From the NCBI GenBank assembly GCA_020137815.1, contig CM035358.1:1426001-1490000 (forward strand): DNA of 64,000 bases, given 5' to 3'. Positions 23,947-39,857 of the stretch are shown piece after piece. Both the position numbers and the translations under genes were made by a program. The number at the start of each line of letters is the position of its first letter. Within the stretch, counting starts at the first letter, position 1. This stretch comes from Hormiphora californensis. Taxonomy: Eukaryota > Animalia > Ctenophora. The notes below the pieces were generated by a model, which saw only the letters and a program-made list of their open reading frames with translations, did no database searches and was not told where the DNA came from.

Positions 23947-26900
23947 ATGACAGTCTCAGGAAGGGAGGTCTCTACCCCTCCCCAGATAAGACGCATAGAA
24001 AACTTTGAAGGAACTCTACGGTACCCGCTAGCGGTAGGTTAAACTGGTATTTGATTGTGGCTTTATTGATTGTCTTTTATCATCGAATCAGTTCCTTTCT
24101 TGAATAATGATAAAGCACATAACAACACTTTCTACTTTCTCTACAGAAAAGTAGGAACAACAGGCGAGCAGAGCATGTTTCCTCCAGTAAGATGTTCCCG
24201 CCGATTGAAGAGGGAGCTGTCAGTAAATCACCCCGACGAGCACCACCCCCAACTCCACGTTAGTAATGTCACTGTAGTTAGGGACGCCCCAAACAGTCTA
24301 ACTCTGTTTTGATTGAGAATCGAAGAAACCATAACTCCCCCATATGCATGATTATTATTTCAGGAACCCGGCCGAGCACTGCAGAATTCTTTGAGGCCGC
24401 GAAGGACTTCCATACGAACAAGGGGGTGAACAAGCAGCTCAGGGATAGGCTCATGGAATCACACATGGTACGAATACAGCGGGGAACCACCACGGGGAAC
24501 TAGGAATCTGTTTTAAAATCCGATATAAACTTTGACAACTTTATGTTTGATTTTGTTCCCTAATTGTTCCCTAATTCCAATGATCTATTATTGTAGTTGT
24601 ACTACATACTTATTTTTTATTTTACCAGATGTTTATGAACTGGAGGGTTCCTGTTTCCCGGCCTGCATCCGTAATGTCCTCTCGCTCATCAGGTATATTG
24701 TGTTTGTAATCTGAGAGAGGTGGAGTTTATAAGAGGCTGCACTCATTTTGTAATGCTAAATTTGTTGTATTGAATTCAGTTACTGGAGCTTATCTACTGA
24801 ATGTGTGATAGTTGATGGGGTTAGCTATTCATTAGTTGCACCTGTCTCTGTCTCCACATTTCAAGATGTGATACAGTGTAACCCGCACGACAAAGGATCA
24901 GAGAAAGGGAAAGAGAGAAATGGGCAGAGAGAAATGGGCAGAGAGAAAAGGGGCAGAGAGAAAAGGGGAATTAGAGATAGAAATTATAGAGCAGGCATGA
25001 AAAATAAAATATTTTGGGTATCCCTAAGTGAGCTTGAAATAAGAAAGGTCCCCCCTTTGAATCGGTAAGATATATCATCCCGCACTCTCTCTCTCCCCTA
25101 TAAAATGCAACCATGACAACCCCATAACACACACACTCATCTTGAGATATTACAGTTAGCAGTTAATGGAATTGAGTCCTTGTGACAATCACTCCCTGAT
25201 ATACATGTGATGAGAGAGATAGGGACCATGGTATGAGAGAAATAGGGAGAGAGATAGGGAACACCGCGATGTCATAATACTAGATGTTGTGGCGATCCAA
25301 ATACAGTTGATATAATTTAGACAGTAAATCACACAGATCTCCTATTTTCGTGTGATTTATACGGAGCCTAGCAACTAAACAAGCGTCCCATTGTTGTGTC
25401 ACTGCTACACAGCTTTGTCGGGGTTGGTTACCATGGTTTCCATGAATTCTAAAAGATAAAATATATACCCCTCCCCTCTCTCTCATTCCCTTATTTCAGT
25501 CTCGAGACCCGGAACTAGTTTGGCAAGGCTGACAGAGGCCAAAGAAAATGCCAAGAAATCACCATACACCCGAGAAGAAAGTAAGATAAAGTTTTCAACA
25601 AATTACCATTCGATTATAAAATTAAACCATTTGATTATATAATATGGTATTTATTTCCAACATGTTGATTACATTCCGTAATGTTTCAGTCCCCAAGATC
25701 GGTTCAGATAAGCTTCTCCCAGAAAAGGAGAACATAAAACCAGCCTTGTCTCCCAAGAAACCTCCTCTCACTGAGAAGGAGGAGGCGATTCTGAAGGATT
25801 GGCTGGGACAGGCATCAGTTGCCGAGAAGATTGTGTTGTCGAATCTGATTGAGAGTGCAGATAGACTGACCATGACCACGGTAAAAATGTTCAACTGAGT
25901 ATCACTTATCACTGTTCTCGATTCATAATTTTAGAAATTAATTAACTTCTGATACCATTTCCCAATAGGTGACTGGAAGGAAATACAGACCAAGTATGGC
26001 TGAAGCAATAACACTGTGGTTGGACAAGGCAAACTCTGCAGGTAACTCCGTCGGCTAGAGCTGCTGATAAGATGAAGACTTCAAATTTGTCATTTGGAGG
26101 TTTGGAAGAACTAGAGTCTCCGGTCTCGACATGATCTGCCTTCCGATTCTTGAGCCAGATGAGGGAAAGTTGCGCAAAGTAACGCGGCGCGCATTGCTCA
26201 TGGTGAAAGTACACAATTGCGCGCGCGTTTTATACAACCACATGTGTGTACTGTGTATATTTACAGGGGAAAACTGTGTGTAAAACTATACACGAATTTA
26301 CACCTGAGCACCAAATCTTGTACCGCGTCCCAGGCTAGGTAGATTTGGTGGCAGAGTTTGAACTGTTGAGTTTTGATTGGCTACGCAGTACAGGGAACTT
26401 GCCAATCCCAGTCTGCAGACAATTAAAAATGGCCTTGATAGTTATATCAAGGCCATTTTTAATTGTCAAACCCTCCCCCCTTTCAGAAAAAGATATAGCA
26501 GAACGATTTCTGGGGGATCTGAACCTTCTGGAAACTCTCGGCTCTACTCCCAGACGGAGACCAGTGACATCTGGATTCGGGCCGCTAATTGACCGCCCTG
26601 CTGAGCTGGGATACCGTGATGTCAAGTCCGACCGAGACATCGAGGCATTATTTGATAGCCTTACTAGGTAGGATTGGGGGGAGCATATTTAGAGATTAAG
26701 ATTGAGAGACAGAGAATGGCTAAGAGATTAAAACTACTTGACGTCAGAGACGTCTTCGCTTTTTGACAATCAAGAGCGCATCAAAAACAGTAACTCTCTA
26801 GCACTCTCATATAATTTATATTATAAACTGTCCCTCTTTTTTTCAGTGAGCTTGATCTGAGTCTGACAAAGCCCTTTTCTAAGGGCATGCCTCTACAGTT

Positions 26901-27386
26901 TTTGAGCACTAAAACTCCCGCCGCTCTGTGGCACCTTGACCAGGTATATATTGACAACTTTATAATTTGACAAATTCTTACCACACCCCGCTCGATATAT
27001 TATCTTTCCTCTAACTTATGAAGTATAATTTATATTACAGTTTGAGTTTTACTCCTTTTCCTAATTCTTCTAACTTCTATCAAATATTAATATTTCATAT
27101 GCAGGAATCGACCGAATTAAGTAAACAGCCAATCAGAACTCGTTACTTAGGTCACGTGACTGGTTATCAGCCAATCAGGGATCAGTATTTCCTGGTCGGT
27201 TCCTGTTCATATGTTAACAGCTTCTTTTTCTGACTTCTATAATTAATATTTCATATGTTAACAGCTTCTTTTTAGGAGCGCGACCGTAGACGTGTTGTAG
27301 AGAACAACTCGAGTAGTTTTGTCAACCCCAACCGAGTCAGAGGAACCCACTTTGATATACACCCTGAGTGGCCGTGTGTCAATTAG
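23947..27386 (+). CDS. Uncharacterised protein, 10 exons, two W-L-x-x-A-x-x-x-E-K helical motifs and C-terminal HFDIHPEW
   Basis: All ten exons splice in consistent phase from MTVSGREVSTPP to ...NRVRGTHFDIHPEWPCVN*. KDWLGQASVAEK and TLWLDKANSAEK resemble a motif I recall from TBATA/C4orf17. Confidence 0.8.
27102..27205. mobile_element. 104-bp hAT-type MITE (CAG...CTG, 8-bp TSD TTCATATG)
   Basis: TIR caggaa(t/c)cgacc; TSD at 27094-27101 and 27206-27213; translates to the QPIRTRYLGHVTGYQPIRDQYFL repeat. Confidence 0.9.
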
Positions 27387-27933
27387 TAGTATCTGCTAAT
27401 TACCATATGTTAATTAGTTGATAATTGGAAATTGACAACACAGAGACTTATATAATTTAGATTCTATCAATATATTACTTACTCACGTTTTAGTAAACTT
27501 ATTAATATACTATCGTGGTTGTAAGTAACCATGTGTGTTATGTAGATTTCAATCACAGCTTTGTTTCTCTCTAACACGTCTCTAACACACGTGACAGAGT
27601 GCAATATAGAAATAGTGCGAATGTCTTTACACGAGGACTTTATAATGAAAATGCCTCCTGTATATTGTAGCATGCTTTTCTTGTAAACATATATTCAATC
27701 TTCTTTTCTTTAACATGAAACAATTATTGTCGTCTTCTTTCAACAAACATTCAACCTTTTTTACTAAATTAGATTTCTCCTACCATTGCAGATTTCAACT
27801 CAGTATGAAATATTATTTTCAATCTAAAATAAGCGTACTCTTGACATTTCAAGCTCAATTCTTTTGACAGCCCAATATATGATCTGACTGTCAAAAGCGA
27901 CGCGACATGCACTGTCAGAGCGACCTCCCAGCG

Positions 27934-27998
27934 GGAGGCACCGTGAGAGGGGAGGGAGGCACCGTGAGAGGGGAGGGAGGCACCGTGAGAGGGGAGGT
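27934..27998. repeat. 21-bp tandem repeat x3 (gggaggcaccgtgagagggga)
   Basis: Directly visible. Confidence 0.85.
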
Positions 27999-29372
27999 AC
28001 TAAAATGGGTATATTATAATCTTGCACCTCTTCTGTTTGGCTCCTCATTTAATTTATAGAAGTGCTCATTCTTGTTGTTGTGAGAGTTGGGCGGCGTATC
28101 TAGTGGTTGTATAGGGTGGATAAGAGGTAGGGGAGACGGAGAATTTTAGTACAAAGTTGTTGTGGTTTAGTTTCTGACGAGGGATCGTCGAAAACCACAG
28201 AGAAAATAATGCATATATATGTGTATCATAACGTAAATAATAACCACTGGCTATGCTATTAGCCAATGCTGAGGTGCCTTTTTGTCATACTCGATGCGGC
28301 ACAAACAACAGCTCAGAAGCTCTAAAGCCAAGGGGACGAAATCGCATTTTTGTAGGGTCGCCACACCACGGTCTAAAGTATCTTTGGGAGTTGCATATAA
28401 AACAATGCATAATTCTAAAATGTTCCTCCTGTTCTATCAATATCACGTTGTTCTCATTCTGTGTGCCAGTTCTGCAGCGTTTTTCCTTGCCATGCTGCAC
28501 AGTCTGCCCATTCGTCCTCGGACGATTTGCTAAGCCGGTGTCTATGAGACGCAACGACGGAACATCAAGTTTTTCCGTCCCAATCACACGGCCCTAAATA
28601 GGGAAGGGAGAGCCAAGAGGAAGGAGCACCGATGAGAGGAGGAGCACCAGACGTCAAGCGAGGACAAAAGGGACCACTCCAGATGCACCTCTTCAGTAGC
28701 GCCACTCATTTAATAAGTAGTCCATCTGTTGTGTGAGAGGGCCGCGCGAGACTAGCATCTAGGTAGTGTGGGGTGGTATTGCGGTGGGTCAGGAGGGATA
28801 TCCTAGCAAGTTGGTGATGTTGGAGGGGAGCTTGCAGACAGACTGGGAACATGTCAAGTTTTTCCGTTCCCAAATTCACCCACGGCCATCATATTAGGGT
28901 TAAAGAGTTAAAGAGTTTCTCACTCGCTACATATTCCCCTCTGTCCCTTTCTTTCTCGCTAGGTTCTTTAAAATGTCAAATTGTGACAGATCATCCAGAT
29001 GATTATAATAATCCAAGGGGAGAAAGCTGGGAGTTTCAACTTTCAAGGGAGAGGGGAGAGAGAGAGAGGGAGAGAGAGAGTGGGAGTTTAGAGGGAGAGA
29101 GAGAGAGAGAGGGGGGAGAAAGCTGGGAGAGTGGAGGGAGGGGGAGGGGAGGGGAGTTTAGAGAGGGAGAGAGGAGGAATAAAGAAAGAAAAAATGGTTA
29201 CAGCTTAATTCGGAAGAACATAAATCAACGGGTGCTGCTCGTCAGTGCTTTGTTCTGTGTAGGCTAGAGATGGCGGCTGCACTGCTTCGACACCTTTGAT
29301 ATAATTCCACTAAAGTACTATTATCTACAACATGTAGGTCCTCTCATATGCATACGGGTAGAGATCTCTCTC

Positions 29373-29458
<86 letters not shown>

Positions 29459-30202
29459 CATATGTCCCTCTATCAATAATGGACGACCGTAGGCAATCTT
29501 TGCAATAAGCAATCCTATAAATATAGTAGTAAGGACGTCGACCAATAATTCCTAGCTTCATTATCACCTGACTTTTGCATCACGAATTATTTGTTTTGCC
29601 ATTTATGCATTAAAGCACAAAGTTATATTTAGCAATTGATTCTATTTGAACTTGCTTAGATTGAAAGTGAGCATTAATTTTATACTGCCAGTACATTGTA
29701 TTAAATAATCGATAATAGTTTTACTGTTTTGCGGGTTTACCTAACGCGTTACATACCTGCTATAGCACGATCCCTGCACTGCTTTAACAATTCAGCCTGG
29801 TGCAGTTTCTACAACGATTTAGAAATTAGTTTCAGTTTCTTACTACTGCTGCAGCTTGCATGGTTATAATATGATTTAGAGTATTCAAATTTTTGCGACG
29901 TAGATATCCTGCACGAAATATCTCTCTTTCATATCTCTCTTTTGTAGCTTGATAACCAGTCTCTCTCTCTTTACAATTCCAATCTGTCTCAGTGAATTAT
30001 CTTACCTCAGTTCCTTCAGTGCGAGTTTCGAGTTCACTGCAATTATACCCTGATTAATCACAGTAGCTCTCTCGTAATAAAGTTGGGGAACTTGCTCTCT
30101 CCTAGCTAGTTCAACAAACTCTCTTTTGTTCTCTATAGTTATTATATCAAACTCTCTTTTGTTCTCTATAGTCATTGTAACGATCTCACCTGCAGCTATA
30201 AG

Positions 30203-33200
30203 ATGTCAACACTACTTGCACCCCTTTCCAATGGGGCTGTAGTGGCCATTGTGGCACCCTTGACAGCCCTTGGGTTCTTTGGCAATGGAATTATTCTCAT
30301 ACTGGTCTTCAGTCGGAGAATGTTCAAACTGAACAGTGAGTATAAACTATGATATATGATATAGTTCGTGTTTGTTGGTTTAGTTGGTTGGTTTACTAAT
30401 TGCTGACGTTCTACCAAATTTAGTGGTTTGGTTGACAACAAAACCGCTAATTCAATAACTTGCATGAAAGAGCGTGCAGCTCATGGCTTTTATGCTTGAA
30501 TAAATTAATTCGTCTTCAACCCCCCCCCCCCACCCCCGTTATCCCACAACTACCCTGCACAGGTGCCGTCTGTTTGTTGGTTCATCTCAGTCTAATAGAC
30601 TTCCTAAGAAGTGCCCTGGTGAACCCTCTCGTCGTTGTGTCTCTCATCACAGGTATATACTTCCTCACATGATAACAGTTTGTGTCAATATCTTGTAAAC
30701 CCCAATCCCCGTAAAACCTCTTACCTCGATCGATCAGGCCGCCATACAAATCTATCCACCATCTATGGCGAATACTCTTATTCCCGTTACCCCATGCAGA
30801 TGATTAACACGATAATATACAGGTTCTTGGCCGGAAGGAGAGAGAGGAATTGTATGTCAAGTATTCCCGACGGTTACCCGACTTTTATCTTACACCTACA
30901 TCTGTACTTTGGTCTTTATCTCTTGTGAAAGGTACGATTTGAATGGGAAGTTTATAGGTGATGACTGATGCCCTTACAAAAAACACTTACAATTTTCATA
31001 ACATATATTGCACCATGATCTTATTTTCATTTTCCATGCTAAATGAAGGTGCCTCCGGGTAGTAACCATTTATGGAAAACATTACGCAGATATTGTTCTC
31101 AATTTCCTCTTCTTGATATTATATACATATGATGATATAACTTTAGTTAGACTGTGCCCAATGGTTATATGCAGACATGTAGTCATTGCCGAGAAGAAGA
31201 TCTCCCTCTGACCTCTCGAGTCTTTGGAAGAATTAGACACGTAATATATTTGGGAAATCGAAGGTAGACGTACTGGTAATATACTTGGGAAGTATTAGGT
31301 AGACGTATTGGTAATATACATTTGAAGGGTGCATCATGGCCATTGAATTAGGCTAGACATACGTAATACCAACGGTAAAGTGATCTCACACGGCAAATTT
31401 ACTAAGAACTACGAAGCGATTTGAAGTAGCATTTCTCTTATAAATTTTTGAGCTCCCGCGAGCACGACAAATCGGAATTATAAGCTCTTCAATATTTGAT
31501 TTTACCACCCATTTGTCAGCACTATAATGTAATATCAAAAGTTTCCTGCTCCATCATCCATGATATCATTTCAGTGCATCCTAGATACGTCATCACTTCA
31601 CAGACCTTACCACTTCCAGCGCCATTAAATTTGTCGAGAACAACATAATTTATTAACTTACCAGGTTCATGGGGGGGTTGAAGAAACCGGGACTCCCTTG
31701 CTTTGTTCAAACTTTAACAGTCTAACTTGGCAAGGACTCCCCCGGTCTGGGAGGTTAGTTTGGGGGGGGGGGGAGGGAGACTAGTTGCAAGGAACAACTG
31801 CAGTAAAACCACCGATGATCAGCATGCTAATGGGATTAAGTCATGCGGGATGAAATTGCCACCCACAAAGCCCCCTGCCAAAGATTCTCGATAATGAAAA
31901 TGAAACCCGCGTCGCATTTTGTGTGACCTAGGTTTATGTGTATTGAAGCGGTAAAAAGTCAATATAAAGAGTTTTGTTCAACAAACTATATGGTCACGGT
32001 ATAAATTAAGATAGGTGTGGATTTCTTTCTATTTCGGGCAGTGCCTTACTTGGTGCGGATAGTGGTGTGTGAAATATTGTGACAACTATAATGTCATAGC
32101 GCGATCCAATCACCAAATTTCTCCCTAATTCAAAATGTTTCTCTACATTGTCTATAGAAACCCGTGGATCATTAATCGCGTCCACTTCTTGACATTTGAG
32201 GGATTCCCATTCATGGTATTATTGCCGCGAGAAGAGAAGTGCATGCTTTGCCAGGGAAGAGAGGGGGGGGGAATGGGTGGAGTGGGAGACTGCTTTTTTA
32301 GATATCATAATGTTGGACAAAGACTGACAGAGAAAATATACTGACCGCGTATCGAACCCGAATTCCTCACATTATCCTAAAAGCAAATCTACTCTGGGAA
32401 TTCAGAAGTAGATTGAACTCTGTCCCCGCGGTAGTAATAATGCAGTTGACCGTGGTAGCTGTGCAGGCAATTCTAATTTGCAGGCATGAAAGCGTACGTT
32501 GTTCAGCAGTACTTCAATTTGACCTAATTTCAAGGATTCACTTCACTGCTCCAATCATCTTTATAGTGAGATCACGGGGTTTCCATGGCAGCAATTTACC
32601 TGATTGCCTACGTCAAGGATCTCTATATATCTGATCTCTCTCCATTCTGCAATAGATCTGTCTGATCAAAAGTGGTAATCTTATAATATAGCCTCAAGTC
32701 TCAACCATAAAACAGTCTCAACCGCAAAACCATAACTATTACTCACTTTTGATTATCTATATCCTGGTTAAAATTGTGACATATGAAAGTCTGGTAATGT
32801 CTGAGTATGATATAACCTTCTAGGGCGATAAGCTGTTATCAAGAGGAACTTATCGATCCAAATCATCCCCGAACTAAAATATCACTTCTCTCGTCCATCC
32901 CTCTCTCACTTCTCCTCCTCTCTCCATCCCATCCATCCCTTTCCTTCCCCCCAAACTAACCTCTCTCCACCACCCGCAGGTTAGCATTGGTCAGTCTGTC
33001 AATCCAGACTATATGGAAGGTAATGAGGAAGCGCAACTTGGCGATAGTGGCACTGATAGCTTGGTTCATCGCTGCCTTCCTCACCATTCCTAAAGCATTC
33101 TCTCTCAAAATAAGGTACCGCCATTTAGTTCACCCTTCCCCTTATATGTCTTATTTTCCCTAATATTGTCAACTTATGTCAAGTCTGGCCTTGATGCTTA

Positions 33201-35043
33201 ATTTATTAAAAATAGAAGCTGTCAAATAAAGCTTGTTTTAAAATTCTAGAACCATCTTTCTCTTGACATTTCTCTACCTGTCAACCTACCTCTCCCTTTT
33301 TAACCTGTCAAAATTTAGCTTATATTTGGTTATTTAGCTAGTCAGATGGTCAGACACGCACTGCACTTCCTAAATTTCTGACACTGATAGTTATCTCAGC
33401 TCGACTTCAAAACCTCAGACTTGGCAATATCTTCATGAAATCTCACTTTGAGAAAAATATTCATCCTAAATAGTTTACGTCCCAGGTACAACTACTAATT
33501 GTATAATTTAACCCTGATTTCAACCCCAGGTACCTCTCCCACATTGGAATGTGTACTTATTTTGGATATGACAAACATAATTCATTTACGATGGCACTAG
33601 TTCTGGCAGATAAGATATTCCCCCTCGCTGCCCTGCTTCTCCTCACCATCTTCTACCTGGTCTTCCTCAAAAAGGTGAGGAATATCAAGAAATAGTTCTA
33701 GTTGAGCTTCAGAGAATCTTCTAGGATCATTTGACCTGTCTGAGACGTTGGAATAATCTAAGATTCCAACGTCACAGACATGGTAACCACAAGCATTATA
33801 CTAGCAGGTTGTATAACCAGGCTCATGAGACTCTATGTACGTGTTGTAGGGTATAGTATATTTTCAGTTGGGGTAGTAGTCTTGTGGTTTATCAGTGCTC
33901 AATGATCACTCTGGAGGAAGTAGTTGCTTTATTGGTTATCATCTAAACCATGGGGTAGTTATCGACTGGAGGGTGGTTGAATTAATGCACCAGTTTCAAT
34001 TATCGATTCGATTATCAAACAACGCCCTTTATTATTGTTAAATTTTGGGCAACGTCTAGCATTGTAGCAACCGTTCAATACTTCTTGAGCAACCTGAAAC
34101 AGTAATTAATTATTCAATTGCACAATATATGACTTGTTAGATTTCACCAGGAGATGAGGGGTCACGCACAATATATGCTTTGTTCGTGTTACATGAATTA
34201 TGAAATTTCATGAAACTCATCTAATCTAGTATAGCTGTGTGTACTATTGCAATAGTCCCATGAAACTATTGCAATAGCTCTACATATATCAGCTTCTGGA
34301 CCAGCTTTTTCGCTGTCAATAAGATATTGCATTCACCAGAAGTTCTGGTGAATGCAATACTTATTGACAGCTAGAAAGCTAGAACTTTTATTATATGATC
34401 GGGCTTGAGCACCAGCAATAAAAAACAATCTGAAACTAACCCCTCCCTTCGTCCCCTGCAGGTGTACAACCTTTACCACTCGCCCCTCCAAAAGCGACTC
34501 TCCCGCTCGACACCGCTCAAAACAATCAACATCAGCAGTGGACCCGAACCGAGACGAAGCACCCCAACTCACATCAAAACCACCGCAGTCCTAGTCCACC
34601 GAGTCCGATCCCCAGACTGGCCTGGGTCACCCAGCACCCTCCTACCCAAACCTACCAACCGGAGGTTCAAACGGACATGTATCATGATAACTTTAGTAAT
34701 AATAGTGTTTGTAGTAACTTGGTCACCCTACTTCTTCTTAAAGTTCCTATACTTGCTAAAAGAGGAACACCCGATAGTGAAAACTGTACTGTTTCACCAA
34801 ATCGTGTTTATCACCTCAATTCTCCCTCCTGTTCTAAACCCTATTGTATACATATGTCAGTTTCCAGCCATGAAAGACCTCTTTAGAAAGGCTAGGAAGT
34901 GGTTATGTGATCCTAGGGAGGAAGGTATTGAGGAGTTAGGAGAGAATAATAATGCTGTGATTGTAGTAGCGGGAGGTAATGATCTTGAGCAGGATAAGGT
35001 GACGCCTAGAAATGTGCAACATATGTGTGTCACACACTCTTAG
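30203..35043 (+). CDS. Rhodopsin-class (class A) GPCR, orphan, 6 exons
   Basis: Exons 30203-30335, 30563-30652, 30823-30931, 32980-33114, 33530-33674, 34462-35043. Motifs: GN (TM1), LSLID (TM2), Cys at the top of TM3, ERL for DRY, W/P (TM4), ECL2 Cys, FVVTWSP (TM6), NPIVY (TM7). Confidence 0.92.
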
Positions 35044-35947
35044 GATATTTTAGATTATTTTATCAAGGGTCAGGGATTTATTGACAATTTTGTATGTGAT
35101 TGTTTGAGCTACACTTTAGTTTAAATATATTTGGCCATTAGATTCAAAGTTCATTTCACATGTGAAAGTGTGCGTATCATCAGCACACTGACTAATGAGT
35201 TGATATATTGGAGTTGAAAGAGAAAAGAGGGCGATGAGTAGCAAAGAAGAGAAAGAGAGGATAGTTTTCTGTTTCTGTGTGTTCATTGTTATATTCGGTA
35301 TCTTATTCATTGCTAACAACAAATATACACCTTGTTTGACTCTTTGAACTACGTTCTAATACCCAACATTCATGGTAGCATTGCAGCTATTTGAACTTTG
35401 GCTGGCAATTTCATGGGATATAGAATTCTCAAAAGTCTCCCCCCTATAGCAACAGTACTGTCTTGAGTGTTGTGTACATTGTTGTATTATACTACATGAT
35501 ACATCATGTAGCTAAATGGTGTGTAGTATATAGTCTTTTGTTCAATGTTTCCATTGTATTTAGTTTCACGTTTCCGTTCTTTGTCGTGTATCATGCGAGA
35601 TCACCTAATGTTTCCTTCTGTTTATGTTACGGTGTGAGTTGCATCCTCCTTGTAACACGCTGTTTAGCTTTTATTTGGTATCAGAGCTCTGACCACCATC
35701 TTTAGTTTCACATTTATTTCAGATTATGATGGTCCTTTCATTCAAGTTGACAAGTCAGTGCTAGTTGTGTGGTGCACCTGTGTTCCTAGATCCAGCTGTT
35801 GGTATGAGCTTTGTACTTGTTCTTTGAATAGTGTTCATATTGTTGTCATTTTGTTCATGTTTTTCATGTTGTTCATGTTATTCATGTTATTCATATATCC
35901 AAAGTGTTTATAATGGTTTGAGATGTGAATGACTGCCGGTGTTTGAA

Positions 35948-39079
<3,132 letters not shown>

Positions 39080-39191
39080 AAAGAAGAACGTTTTGAAAGG
39101 GACAGCTAAAAGGATGCATAGTATGCAGTGCAAACCCTCTAGTTGCCAATTATAGGACAGTGATATGACCCATCCTGATATAGTTTGCAAT

Positions 39192-39281
39192 TTGGTCACA
39201 TTGATACCTGAGTGAGATCGAGGTCAATCTCACATAGCGAGATCAATCTCACATAGCGAGAATAGGTTGCGATGGATCCAA
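39192..39281. mobile_element. 90-bp MITE with 9-bp TSD (GTTTGCAAT), MULE-like; copy 1
   Basis: ttggtcacattgatacctgagtgagatcga...ccaa, TSD on both flanks; a related copy starts at 53555. Confidence 0.8.
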
Positions 39282-39857
39282 GTTTGCAATAGGGTTGTCC
39301 CACTAAGACCGGAAGGAAAAACTCTGTTTTTTGTTTGAATTGACATTTCGATTTATGAGAAAGATGAACCATGTAACTAAAATGACTTCTTTTTCAAACA
39401 AACTAAAAACCAAACATTTTATTGTGACAAAAAACAAAGATATGAAATAGAAAACACAATAAATTACACTCACACAACCCTAGCACAATACATATTAATA
39501 TGTTTCTGGAAAAGTAACAAAAAACAGAATAACATTATTTTTCTGGAAACTTCACGGCAAAAAATATCAATTAATTCATCAATTATTTACGATTTCCAGT
39601 ATGAAGCTGCACTAAACCCTGGAATCCAGTCAAGATGATTTATTCAACATGCTGTCAAAACCAAGTTCTAAAGTCATTGGATATATAAATTAACTCCTAA
39701 ATGAGTTAACTGATAAATAGCTTGTTGCGAGTCAGAGGCGGTGTCAGAAAACCCCTACCGCACTCCTGGTTCACTGAAAACTGCTGCAGATACAATTAAT
39801 CATAAACAAGCCACTCCTAAATGAATTAATTCTGCTAAACAAGTCACGAAATGTCTG

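Noticed and set aside
28066-28597. Overlapping 66-114-aa ORFs as a gene
   Set aside because: No recognisable motifs or consistent splice structure; probably a decayed repeat.
34780-34860. Opsin assignment for the GPCR
   Set aside because: Position 7.43 (retinal-binding Lys) is Ile.
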